From assembly GCA_027483665.1 (NCBI GenBank), contig JAIXUC010000020.1, forward strand, positions 68,719 to 132,718: DNA of 64,000 nucleotides, written 5' to 3'. How positions within the stretch are numbered: position 1 is the stretch's first letter; each line of letters begins with the position of its first letter. The stretch comes from Comamonadaceae bacterium. GTDB taxonomy: Bacteria > Pseudomonadota > Gammaproteobacteria > Burkholderiales > Burkholderiaceae_C. The position numbers were made by a program, and so were the translations under genes. Positions 23,963 to 34,209 of the stretch are shown here, one piece after another. Below the pieces are notes generated by a model. That model saw only the letters and a program-made list of their open reading frames with translations. It had not been told where the DNA came from and searched no databases.

Positions 23963-26689
23963 CTAGAGGGAAAGGTCGGTATTGTCGCTGCGGCCCGTGC
24001 CAGCGCTGGCGCTGGGGTTGGGCACTGCGCGCCCGGGAACGGTTTGATCAAAAGCCGGTGCGGACACCGACATCTTCTGGGTGGTGTCCATCGGATCGGT
24101 GGGCTGGGCTGCGGCATTGGGTCGGACATCGGCTTGGCTGGCCGATGCAGGGCTTGCGCCTGCGGACCGGTCGCCCATGACCTGCAGCAAATCGTTGGCG
24201 AACTGATCGCCGTCTTGGTAACGGGTTTCTGGCCGCTTGCTCAACGCGAGCGCCACCACGTCTGCCAGGCGTTGCGGTATCTCAGCTCGGACGATGCGGA
24301 TGTTGGGCGCTTCTTCGTTGGCAATCTTGTACATCAGCTCAGCCATCGAGTCGCCCCGGAAAGGCAACACGCCCGTGAGGAGCTGATAGAGCATGACGCC
24401 CAAGGAGTACAGGTCCGATCGGCCGTCGACCTTTTTGCCAGCAATCTGTTCCGGCGACATGAAGCTGGGGGTGCCCAGCACCAAGCCCGTTTTGGTCTTG
24501 CTCGAGTCGGTGATGCGGGCAATGCCAAAGTCGGTCACCTTCACGGTGTCAGACTCATGCTCGTACATGATGTTGGCGGGCTTGATGTCGCGATGCACCA
24601 CGTTTTGCCGGTGCGCGTAAGCCAAGGCTTGCGCGACGCGCGCCACGATGGACACCACACGCTCGATGGGCAGCAACTGCCCACCGCGGCCGTAATCCGC
24701 CAAGTCTTTGCCCTTGAGAAACTCCATGGCGATGTAGGCCAAGTCGTGCTCTTCGCCGGCGTCAAAAATCGTCACGATGTTTTGGTGCTGCAGCCGGCCA
24801 GCCGTTTCGGCTTCGCGGAAGAAGCGCTCGCGCGCATCGTCGAGCTCACCGCCTTCGAACTCTTGGCTGAGCGCCATGGTCTTGATGGCCACCACGCGCC
24901 CGATCTTGGGGTCGCGCCCCAGGTAGACCACGCCCATGGCACCTTTGCCCAGCTCCTTCTCTACCTGATAGCGCCCCAGCATCGGCTTCTCTACGGCACC
25001 GCCATCGAGCAGCATGGTGCCGCCCGGGTGGGTGCTGCCGCCGCCGAGGATGACCGTCTCGGAGAGGTTTTTGGCGCGGTTGAGCTTGGACTTCAGGTCT
25101 TTGAAGTTGGGGTTGTAGGTAGCCATGTACTCGTACACGGCCTGCACCTTGTTGAACTGGCGCTTGCGCTCAAAGTCGAGCGCCAGGCTGTTGAGGTTGT
25201 CCATCACTGCATCGGCCAGCGGCACGCGGCGGAAGCGGTCGAAAGCTGCGTCGAGCTGGCCCTGGCCTTGCAGCGCCAAACCCATCATGCGGTTGGTCTC
25301 GGCCGACTCTTCGTCAGAGCGAACTTTGCCCGCCTCGGTGACCAAAAACCGCTTGGTCGTGAGCGCCAGGTGACCGATGAGCAGCAAGGCCGCCGGGAAC
25401 ACCAGCGGCAACCACAAAGACGCGCCCGAGAGCAAACCGAACTCGGTGCCCAGCAACACGACGAACAAGCCACCCGTTACAGCAGCGCCCGTTCCAGCGG
25501 ACAAACGCGGCAGAGCGGCGATCAGATAGGCGCTGATGACAAGAAACGCACCCAAAGAGGCCCACAAGCCCCAGCCGGGCTGGGTGATGAAGTGCTCGCT
25601 CAAGATGCTGGAGGTGATGTGCGCGATGGTCTCGGCAGGCGACAAGCCGGGGTAGCCAGGGGTGGGGAACTGAACACCCACGCCGGCAGCGGTGGCACCA
25701 ATGATGACGATCTTGTCGGCGTACTTCGCAGCCGGAATCTTGCCGCTGATGACGTCGTAGAAGGAATCGACCGCAAAAGCCGGTTTGCCGTCGACCGGAC
25801 GGTAGAACTGCGGGCGCATGCGCGCCGACTCGTCGGTGGCCACGCGCAGCTTGCCGATCTGTACCGACTCGCCCGGGTTCAGGCGGATGTCGGCCGACGA
25901 CAGGTTCAGGCTGTTGGCAGCTGCCAACAAAGCCAGCGATGGCACGGCCTTGCCGTAGTAGTTGACCAACAGCGGCTCTTCACGCACTGCGCCGTCAATG
26001 TCTTGAAACTGGTTCAGGTGCGCAACACCTGCGGCCGCTTGGCCGATGGCCGCCATGGGTTGCTGGCCGCGCACCGCTGGTACGGAAAAGCCGCTGGTCT
26101 CATCGACCGCGCTCTTCAGCGCGAAGTCGGGCAGAGGCTCGTCTGGCCGGCCTAAAGGCTCGCCCAGCGTGAACACCGAGGGAATGAGCACGTTGCGGGC
26201 GCGCGCCATGCTGGCGGCCAGCTTGGCGTCGGTGTCCAGTGCCACTTCGGCCTCGGAGATGACGCCCAACAATTGCTGCGCCAAGTCCGAGCCGCCTGAG
26301 GACGAGTCGGCCGCCGGCACCAACACCTCTTTCATCTTGCGGATGAACCCCAAGCCGCGGTCGGTTTGCGGCTCCAGGAAAAACGCGGTGTGGACGATCG
26401 TCTTGGCCTTGGCTGCAGACAACTGATCGATCATGGCCGCGTGGACATCCCGAGGCCAGGGCCAGCGGCCAATGTTGGCAATGCTTTGGTCGTCGATGGC
26501 GATCACCGCAATGCGGTCTGACGGCTGCCGCGCTGAGGCGGTGCTGCCAAAGTCATAGAACTTCCTCTCCAGCGCGCCGATGAAGTCGGTGGCTTGGTGC
26601 AGCACGATGACGGCCAGCACGACGAGCACGCCAACAACCCAGTCCGCGCGCCAGATAGCGCTGCGTTTGGATGAATGAGATGTGGCCAC
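23963..26689 (-). CDS. CHASE2 sensor-domain Hanks-type Ser/Thr protein kinase (908 aa)
   Basis: N-terminal CHASE2 (IAVIAIDDQSIANIGRWPWPRDVHAAMIDQL) and a TM block. Kinase domain motifs: LGKGAMGVVYLGRD, VVAIKTM, VVHRDIKPANIM, DFGIAR, GTPSFMSPEQ. Ser/Ala/Pro-rich tail. GTG start with an AAGGGA RBS. Confidence 0.9.
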   Translation of the reverse strand: MATSHSSKRSAIWRADWVVGVLVVLAVIVLHQATDFIGALERKFYDFGSTASARQPSDRIAVIAIDDQSIANIGRWPWPRDVHAAMIDQLSAAKAKTIVHTAFFLEPQTDRGLGFIRKMKEVLVPAADSSSGGSDLAQQLLGVISEAEVALDTDAKLAASMARARNVLIPSVFTLGEPLGRPDEPLPDFALKSAVDETSGFSVPAVRGQQPMAAIGQAAAGVAHLNQFQDIDGAVREEPLLVNYYGKAVPSLALLAAANSLNLSSADIRLNPGESVQIGKLRVATDESARMRPQFYRPVDGKPAFAVDSFYDVISGKIPAAKYADKIVIIGATAAGVGVQFPTPGYPGLSPAETIAHITSSILSEHFITQPGWGLWASLGAFLVISAYLIAALPRLSAGTGAAVTGGLFVVLLGTEFGLLSGASLWLPLVFPAALLLIGHLALTTKRFLVTEAGKVRSDEESAETNRMMGLALQGQGQLDAAFDRFRRVPLADAVMDNLNSLALDFERKRQFNKVQAVYEYMATYNPNFKDLKSKLNRAKNLSETVILGGGSTHPGGTMLLDGGAVEKPMLGRYQVEKELGKGAMGVVYLGRDPKIGRVVAIKTMALSQEFEGGELDDARERFFREAETAGRLQHQNIVTIFDAGEEHDLAYIAMEFLKGKDLADYGRGGQLLPIERVVSIVARVAQALAYAHRQNVVHRDIKPANIMYEHESDTVKVTDFGIARITDSSKTKTGLVLGTPSFMSPEQIAGKKVDGRSDLYSLGVMLYQLLTGVLPFRGDSMAELMYKIANEEAPNIRIVRAEIPQRLADVVALALSKRPETRYQDGDQFANDLLQVMGDRSAGASPASASQADVRPNAAAQPTDPMDTTQKMSVSAPAFDQTVPGRAVPNPSASAGTGRSDNTDLSL

Positions 26690-26859
26690 CTAGCGTCCCT
26701 TGCCCGTTTGGTCAGAGGCGCCCTGGCGGCGCGCCCGTACAGATGAAGTCAGAACGCCATGGTGAGCGTTCTATGACATTTGCCACGGTAGCAGACGCCT
26801 CGCTGCCTCGCAAGGCACTTTCGCACGGAAGAACCCGTGACCTCAACAAGCCGGCGGTG

Positions 26860-27591
26860 TCAGACGGGAGCCGGGGGCTGTGGTCGGCGACTCTGCAGCC
26901 ACTTGCCCAGTGCATACACCAACAGTGCGCCAGCGACCCCAGCGCCGTAACGCAACGCATCCGAGGCGGGCAGCTTGGGCATCCACGGAACAACCGCTGC
27001 ATCGACCAAAGCGGGGTCGGTCACGGCCATGGTGCCCGCTATCCAGCCCAGCAGCATGCCACCGGCCACGATGATGATGGGGAAGCGGTCCATCAGTTTG
27101 AGCACCAACTGGCTACCCCAGACGATGATAGGAATGCTGACCAGCAGGCCGAAGATGACCAAAGCCAGTTGATGCTGCTCACCGGCGCTTTGCGCCGCAC
27201 CCGCGATGGCGATCACGTTGTCCACGCTCATCACCAAGTCGGCCACGATGACGGTTTTCACGGCAGACCAGAGCTTGTCGCTGCTCTGGATGTTGGCGTG
27301 CCCGTCGTCTGACTCTGGCAGCAACAGCTTCACGCCGATCCACACCAGCAGAAGGGCCCCGACCAACTTCAAGAACGGCACCGACAGCAATGCCAAGGCG
27401 AAGGCGATCAAGATCACCCGCAAAACGATGGCGCCGATGGTGCCCCAGATGATCCCCTTGCGCCGCTGCTCTGGCGGCAGCGATCGGCAAGCCAGCGCAA
27501 TGACCACCGCGTTGTCGCCGCCCAGCAAGATGTCGATCATGATGATCTGACCGACTGCTAGCCAAAAGTGGGCGGTCAGAAACTCTTCCAT
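26860..27591 (-). CDS. TerC-family (YjbE-like) integral membrane protein, second paralogue
   Basis: IMIDILLGGDNAVVIALACRSLP and VIVADLVMSVDNVIAIAGAA are the duplicated TerC motifs. 40 nt downstream of sucD on the same strand. Confidence 0.85.
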   Translation of the reverse strand: MEEFLTAHFWLAVGQIIMIDILLGGDNAVVIALACRSLPPEQRRKGIIWGTIGAIVLRVILIAFALALLSVPFLKLVGALLLVWIGVKLLLPESDDGHANIQSSDKLWSAVKTVIVADLVMSVDNVIAIAGAAQSAGEQHQLALVIFGLLVSIPIIVWGSQLVLKLMDRFPIIIVAGGMLLGWIAGTMAVTDPALVDAAVVPWMPKLPASDALRYGAGVAGALLVYALGKWLQSRRPQPPAPV

Positions 27592-27631
27592 GGGCGGTCC
27601 TGGGGGTTACAGACGTGGTTGGCCCGGCGGG

Positions 27632-28525
27632 TCAGAGCATGGCTTTGAGCAGGCGGGCCATTTCCGATGGGTTGCGCGTGATCTTGAAGCCGCACTCTTC
27701 CATGACCGCCAATTTCGCGTCAGCCGTGTCTGCGCCGCCGCTGATGAGTGCGCCCGCATGGCCCATGCGTTTGCCCGCAGGGGCGGTCACGCCAGCAATG
27801 AAGCCCACGATGGGCTTTTTCATGTTGGCCTTGCACCAGCGAGCTGCTTCGGCCTCGTCGGGGCCGCCGATTTCGCCAATCATGATGACGGCATCCGTGT
27901 CGGGGTCATCGTTGAAGGCTTGCATCACGTCAATGTGCTTCAGGCCGTTGATCGGGTCGCCGCCGATGCCCACGGCGGTGGACTGTCCTAGACCGATTTC
28001 TGTCAATTGCGCCACCGCTTCGTAGGTCAGCGTGCCGGAGCGGCTGACCACGCCAATGCGGCCTTTGCGGTGAATGTGGCCGGGCATGATGCCGATCTTG
28101 ATCTCTTCGGGGGTGATGAGGCCGGGGCAGTTCGGGCCCAGCAGCAACGTCTTCTTGCCGCCGGCAGCCTCTTTGGCCTTCATCTTGTTGCGCACTTCCA
28201 GCATGTCGCGCACAGGAATGCCTTCAGTGATGCAAATGGCCAAGTCGAGGTCGGCTTCGACAGCCTCCCAAATGGCGGCTGCCGCGCCTGCTGGCGGCAC
28301 ATAAATCACGCTCACCGTTGCACCGGCTTGAGCCGCGGCTTCCTTCACGGAGGCGTAAATGGGGATGTTGAAGATGGACTCGCCAGCCTTCTTCGGGTTG
28401 ACGCCCGCCACAAAGCAGGCTTTGCCGTTGGCGTATTCCTGGCACTTCTCCGTGTGGAATTGACCGGTCTTGCCGGTAATGCCTTGGGTGATGACGCGCG
28501 TGTTTTTGTTGATGTAGATGGACAT
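27632..28525 (-). CDS. sucD: Succinyl-CoA synthetase alpha subunit
   Basis: [28 protein letters not shown]...[10 protein letters not shown]...[11 protein letters not shown]; full-length match. Confidence 0.97.
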   Translation of the reverse strand: MSIYINKNTRVITQGITGKTGQFHTEKCQEYANGKACFVAGVNPKKAGESIFNIPIYASVKEAAAQAGATVSVIYVPPAGAAAAIWEAVEADLDLAICITEGIPVRDMLEVRNKMKAKEAAGGKKTLLLGPNCPGLITPEEIKIGIMPGHIHRKGRIGVVSRSGTLTYEAVAQLTEIGLGQSTAVGIGGDPINGLKHIDVMQAFNDDPDTDAVIMIGEIGGPDEAEAARWCKANMKKPIVGFIAGVTAPAGKRMGHAGALISGGADTADAKLAVMEECGFKITRNPSEMARLLKAML

Positions 28526-28534
28526 ATGGGCTCC

Positions 28535-29698
<1,164 letters not shown>

Positions 29699-29867
29699 GG
29701 GGGTCTCTCTGTAGACGGGGTGATGGGGGCCCGCTGGTGCAGCTTGGTGCGCGCATGCGTGGGTTGCGCTCAAGGCAACCGCGCCGAAATGTATCATGCT
29801 GCATCGCACAAAAACCGATCACGGGTGCAGGCAACCAATGCCGCCCATACGCCGCATAGGGCTTCGC

Positions 29868-30779
29868 ATGAACCACATCTTCATAGACGGCGAAGCCGGG
29901 ACCACCGGGCTGCAAATACGCGAGCGCCTGACCGGTGAGCCTTCGGTCCAGCTCCTGAGCATTGCCCCGGATTTGCGCAAAGACCCGCTGGCCAAGAAGC
30001 GGCTTTATCAACAAGCCGATGTCGTGGTCTTGTGCCTGCACGATGAGGCGGCCCGCGAGGCGGTGGCCCTGGCTGACGAGCTGGGCGCAGACAGCCCAAG
30101 GCTTATTGATGCCTCCAGCGCACACCGCACGGCCAGCGACTGGGTCTATGGCTTCGCGGAGTTGGCCCCTGGACAAACCGACGCCATTCGTACCGCGCGC
30201 CGCGTCTCCAACCCAGGCTGCTATGCCACCGGTGCCATTGCGCTGATTCGCCCCTTGATCGAGGCTGGGTTGCTGACACCCGATACCCCTTTGGTTCTGC
30301 CATCGGTCAGCGGCTATAGCGGCGGCGGGCGCAGCATGATCGAGGCTTACGAATCGGGCCAAGCGCCGGCTTACGAGTTGTACGCCTTGGGTCTTCAACA
30401 TAAACACCTGCCAGAAATCATGGCGCACACAGGCTTGCGGCAGCGCCCGCTCTTCGTGCCTGCGGTCGGTAACTTTCCGCAGGGCATGTTGGTGCAGGTG
30501 CCGCTGCACTTAGACACCCTGCCCGGCCAACCCAAGGCACAAGCGCTTCATGAGGCACTAGCCCAGCACTATGCCGGCGCGCGCTGGGTGCAGGTGCTGC
30601 CCGCCACTGCAGACGGCAAGCTCGACGCCGTGGCTCTGCATGGGCAAGACAGCATGGAGTTGCGCGTCTATGCCAACGAAGCCACGCGCCAAGCGGTGCT
30701 GGTGGCGCGCCTGGACAACCTAGGCAAAGGCGCCAGCGGCGCTGCGGTGCAAAACCTGCGGCTGATGCTGGGCTGGTAG
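29868..30779 (+). CDS. argC: N-acetyl-gamma-glutamyl-phosphate reductase (type 2)
   Basis: [21 protein letters not shown]...[18 protein letters not shown]...[14 protein letters not shown]. Confidence 0.92.
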   Translation: MNHIFIDGEAGTTGLQIRERLTGEPSVQLLSIAPDLRKDPLAKKRLYQQADVVVLCLHDEAAREAVALADELGADSPRLIDASSAHRTASDWVYGFAELAPGQTDAIRTARRVSNPGCYATGAIALIRPLIEAGLLTPDTPLVLPSVSGYSGGGRSMIEAYESGQAPAYELYALGLQHKHLPEIMAHTGLRQRPLFVPAVGNFPQGMLVQVPLHLDTLPGQPKAQALHEALAQHYAGARWVQVLPATADGKLDAVALHGQDSMELRVYANEATRQAVLVARLDNLGKGASGAAVQNLRLMLGW

Positions 30780-30806
30780 TTGGCGTGCGCTTTTGCCCGC
30801 GTTGGC

Positions 30807-31703
30807 TCAGGCCACCGGGTGTTGCGCCATGTGCTCCAGCGCTTGCACCAAAGCGGAATGGTCTGAATCCTTCAAGCCCAGCGCAGTACAGGTTTGCATG
30901 AGCTGGGCCACGCCGGCGGTTTGAGGCAGCGCCACACCCAGTTCGCGCGCACCGGTCAGCGCCAGGCTGAGGTCTTTCTGGTGCAGCCCCATGCGAAAGC
31001 CGGGGCTGAAAGTGCGCTTGATCATGCGCTCGCCGTGCACCTCCAAAATGCGCGACGAAGCAAAGCCGCCCATCAGCGCTTGGCGCACCTTGGCCGGGTC
31101 TGCACCGGACTTGGCTGCAAACACCAAAGCCTCGGCCACCGCCGCGATGTTGAGTGCCACGATGATCTGGTTGGCCACTTTGCAGGTTTGCCCGTCGCCG
31201 TTGGCACCGACGTGGGTGATGTTCTTGCCCATGAGCTGAAGCAGCGGCAACACGCGCTCGAACACAGATGGCTCTCCGCCCACCATGATGGCGAGGCTGG
31301 CCGCTTTGGCGCCCACTTCGCCACCCGAGACCGGCGCGTCGAGATAGTCGTGCCCAGCCTCCTCAACGGTGCGTGCGAAGCGCTTGGTTTCTTGCGGCGA
31401 GATGGAGCTCATGTCCACCACCACACAGCGTCGGCCCTGTGGCACTGCGCGCAAACCTTGCAGAACGCCGCCCGGTTGCAGCAGCACGCGCTCGACATCG
31501 GGCGTGTCGGGCAGCATCAGAAAAGTGATGTCGGCCCCCTCGGCCACAGCCGCTGCCGAGGGCAGCACCTGCGCGCCGGCCTGCACCAGCGCCGCTGGTG
31601 GTTGGCTGCGCGTGTGCGTCAGCAGCGTGTGGCCTGCGGCCAGCAAGTGCCCAGCCATGGGCGAGCCCATGGTGCCCAGCCCGATGAATCCCAGAGTGCT
31701 CAT
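30807..31703 (-). CDS. garR: 2-hydroxy-3-oxopropionate (tartronate semialdehyde) reductase
   Basis: MSTLGFIGLGTMGSPMAGHL...DAPVSGGEVGAKAASLAIMVGG...CKVANQIIVALNIAAVAEAL...FRMGLHQKDL; collinear with E. coli GarR as I recall it. Confidence 0.88.
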   Translation of the reverse strand: MSTLGFIGLGTMGSPMAGHLLAAGHTLLTHTRSQPPAALVQAGAQVLPSAAAVAEGADITFLMLPDTPDVERVLLQPGGVLQGLRAVPQGRRCVVVDMSSISPQETKRFARTVEEAGHDYLDAPVSGGEVGAKAASLAIMVGGEPSVFERVLPLLQLMGKNITHVGANGDGQTCKVANQIIVALNIAAVAEALVFAAKSGADPAKVRQALMGGFASSRILEVHGERMIKRTFSPGFRMGLHQKDLSLALTGARELGVALPQTAGVAQLMQTCTALGLKDSDHSALVQALEHMAQHPVA

Positions 31704-31794
31704 GTTGGTCGTGTCCAGTGAGTTGAAGCGAAGTGCGCCTGGGCGCAGAGGCGCAGAGACGTGGAGGTCTTCAGGCGCGTTGGCCAGCAAACGC

Positions 31795-32577
31795 TCAGGC
31801 CCGGTAGCGGTCGATCAGCGCTTGTGTGCCGCTTCTGAACACGCCCAGGTCACTGCCGACGGCGACGAAGCTGGCGCCCATGGCCATGTAGCGCCGCGCG
31901 TCGGCCTCTACCGGCGCCAAGATGCCCAGCGGCTTGCCAGCGGCCTGCACCTGCTCAAACACTGAAGCAATCGCCGCTTGCACTTCCGGGTGCGCCGAGT
32001 TGCCCAAGTGCCCCATGGCGGCAGCCAAATCCGATGGGCCGACGAACACCGCGTCCACGCCATCGACCGCTGCAATCTCGCGCACAGCGTGCAGGCCATC
32101 TTGGCTCTCGATTTGCACGATCACCGCAATTTGCTCATTGATGTGTTGCAAGTAGTCTTTGACCGCGCCGTAGCGGTTGCTGCGCTGCGACACCGACACA
32201 CCGCGAATGCCTTGCGGCGGATAGCGCGTAGCCGCCACGGCGCGGCGCGCGTCGTCTGCGCTTTCCACGAAAGGCACGAGGAAGTTGTAGAAGCCCGCGT
32301 CCAGCAGGCGCTTGATCTCCACCGCGTCGTTGCTGCTCGGGCGCACCACCGGCGCACTGGCGCTGTCTTTCAGCGCCATGAGCTGCGGGATGAAGGTGGT
32401 CACGTCGTTGGGCGAGTGCTCGCCGTCGAGCAAGACCCAGTCGAAGCCGGCCACGCCCAGCACCTCGGTGGTGATGGGGCTGGCAAGCGAGGCCCAGCAG
32501 CCGATCAGGGTTTTGCCGGCACGCAGGTCGCGCCTGAGGCTGTTGGGGAAGGGCTGGTACGGGGTGGTCATGGGCAA
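31795..32577 (-). CDS. garL: 2-dehydro-3-deoxyglucarate aldolase (HpcH/HpaI family)
   Basis: [35 protein letters not shown]...[29 protein letters not shown]...IVQIES...[10 protein letters not shown]; located between garD and garR. Confidence 0.85.
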   Translation of the reverse strand: MPMTTPYQPFPNSLRRDLRAGKTLIGCWASLASPITTEVLGVAGFDWVLLDGEHSPNDVTTFIPQLMALKDSASAPVVRPSSNDAVEIKRLLDAGFYNFLVPFVESADDARRAVAATRYPPQGIRGVSVSQRSNRYGAVKDYLQHINEQIAVIVQIESQDGLHAVREIAAVDGVDAVFVGPSDLAAAMGHLGNSAHPEVQAAIASVFEQVQAAGKPLGILAPVEADARRYMAMGASFVAVGSDLGVFRSGTQALIDRYRA

Positions 32578-32598
32578 CGGGTGGAAGTAGGGAGGATT

Positions 32599-34182
32599 TC
32601 AGGTGACGGGGGCTGGGTTGAACAGCACCAGGTCGTTGTGCAGGCGCCAACGCTCGGCCCAGGTTTTGCGCCGTCCGCTGGCGACTTCCAGCACCAACTG
32701 GAACAGCGCCCAACCCATGTCTTCGATGCTGGCCTCGCCGTCGGCAATCAGCCCGGCATTCAGGTCCATCAGGTCGTGCCAGCGGCGGGCGAGTTCGGTA
32801 CGGGTGGCGACCTTGATCACCGGGCACTCTGCCAAGCCATAAGGCGTGCCGCGACCGGTGGTGAAGATGTGCACGTTCATGCCGGCGGCCAGTTGCAACG
32901 TGCCGCAGATGAAGTCGCTGGCTGGTGTGGCGGCATAGATCAGGCCGCGCTGCGTCAAGCGCTCGCCGGGTGCCAGCACGCCGTCGATGGGCAAGCTCCC
33001 CGATTTGACGATCGAGCCCATGGCTTTCTCGACGATGTTGGACAGCCCGCCCGCTTTGTTGCCTGGCGTGGTGTTGGCGCTGCGGTCCACCTGGCCGCGC
33101 TGCAGGTAAGCGTCGTACCAAGCCATTTCGCGCACCATGGCCTGCGCCACTTCCGGGCTGGCAGCGCGTGCCGTGAGCTGGTCGATGGCGTCGCGCACTT
33201 CGGTGGTCTCGGAGAACATCACGGTGGCACCAGCGCGCACCAGCAAGTCGGTGCAAAAACCCACGGCGGGGTTGGCGGTGACGCCGCTGAAGGCGTCGCT
33301 GCCGCCGCACTGCACGCCCACCACCAGCTCGCTGGCGGGCACGGTTTCGCGCCGCCGCGCATTGAGCCGCTCCAGGTGCGGCACGGCGCGCGCGACGATG
33401 GCGTCGATCATGCTCATGAAGCCGACATGCGCGCTGTCTTGCAGGCACAGCACGTCCAGCGGCTCGGACTGAACCGACGCACCTGCAGTGGCAGACGCCA
33501 CAGGAATGCTTCCCGGCGGCAACAGCCGCTCGGGTTGCAGCTTTTCGCAGCCCAGGCTGATGACCATCACCTCGCCGCCAAAGTTGGGGTTGCGCGCGAT
33601 GTGGCGCAGCGTGCGGATGGGGATGATGGCGTCTGGCGCGTCGATGGCCACGCCGCAACCGTAGCTGTGTTCCAGGCCGACCACGTCGTCCACGTTCGGG
33701 TAGCGCGGCAGCAACTGCTCGCGGATGCGCTGCACCGCAATCTCCACCACACCAGCCACGCATTGCACGGTGGTGGTGATGGCGAAGATGTTGCGCGTGC
33801 CCACACTGCCGTCGGCGTTGCGGAGGCCCTCGAAGTGGTGGCCTTCCAGCGGCGGTGGCGCCTGGCGCACAGCCCCGGCCAAAGGCATGGGCAGCCCCTG
33901 CAGCCCACGTGCGATCGGCAGGCTCAAGCGCCGCTCGTGTACCCAACTGCCAGCAGCGATGTCGGCCAGCGCAGTGCCGATAGACACGTTGTAGCGGCGC
34001 ACCGAATCGCCAGCGGCGATGTCTGCCAGTGCAACCTTGTGCCCTTGCGGCACCCGTTCACGCAGCACCAACCCGTCGGGCAACACCACGCCCTCGGCCA
34101 AGCCGCCATCGTTGGCCACGATGGCCACGTTGTCGGCCGGGTGGATGCGGATCAACACGGGCTGGGTCATGACTGTCAGCAT
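32599..34182 (-). CDS. garD: Galactarate dehydratase (UxaA/GarD family, SAF N-domain)
   Basis: [21 protein letters not shown]...[14 protein letters not shown] (SAF domain), plus the large UxaA C-domain ([10 protein letters not shown]..., [16 protein letters not shown]...). 527 aa, in a gar context. Confidence 0.85.
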   Translation of the reverse strand: MLTVMTQPVLIRIHPADNVAIVANDGGLAEGVVLPDGLVLRERVPQGHKVALADIAAGDSVRRYNVSIGTALADIAAGSWVHERRLSLPIARGLQGLPMPLAGAVRQAPPPLEGHHFEGLRNADGSVGTRNIFAITTTVQCVAGVVEIAVQRIREQLLPRYPNVDDVVGLEHSYGCGVAIDAPDAIIPIRTLRHIARNPNFGGEVMVISLGCEKLQPERLLPPGSIPVASATAGASVQSEPLDVLCLQDSAHVGFMSMIDAIVARAVPHLERLNARRRETVPASELVVGVQCGGSDAFSGVTANPAVGFCTDLLVRAGATVMFSETTEVRDAIDQLTARAASPEVAQAMVREMAWYDAYLQRGQVDRSANTTPGNKAGGLSNIVEKAMGSIVKSGSLPIDGVLAPGERLTQRGLIYAATPASDFICGTLQLAAGMNVHIFTTGRGTPYGLAECPVIKVATRTELARRWHDLMDLNAGLIADGEASIEDMGWALFQLVLEVASGRRKTWAERWRLHNDLVLFNPAPVT

Positions 34183-34209
34183 GGAGCCGTCGTTGTGCGC
34201 TTCTAAGCC

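Noticed and set aside
23522-26155. 877-aa ORF antisense to the CHASE2 kinase
   Set aside because: Arg/Gly/His-rich shadow frame. The opposite strand encodes complete CHASE2 and Hanks kinase motifs.
22469-26689. Kinase/PP2C/FHA trio as the T6SS threonine-phosphorylation pathway (PpkA/PppA/Fha1)
   Set aside because: No T6SS structural genes (tssA-M, hcp, vgrG) occur anywhere in the 64 kb. The kinase has a CHASE2 domain rather than a vWA periplasmic domain, and the operon continues into the cyclase, PDE and GspE genes.
31978-34206. 742-aa (+) ORF and the 603-aa (-) ORF at 32135..33946 over garL/garD
   Set aside because: These are alternative-frame or antisense shadows of garL/garD with no recognisable domains and extreme Arg/Ala/Gly content.
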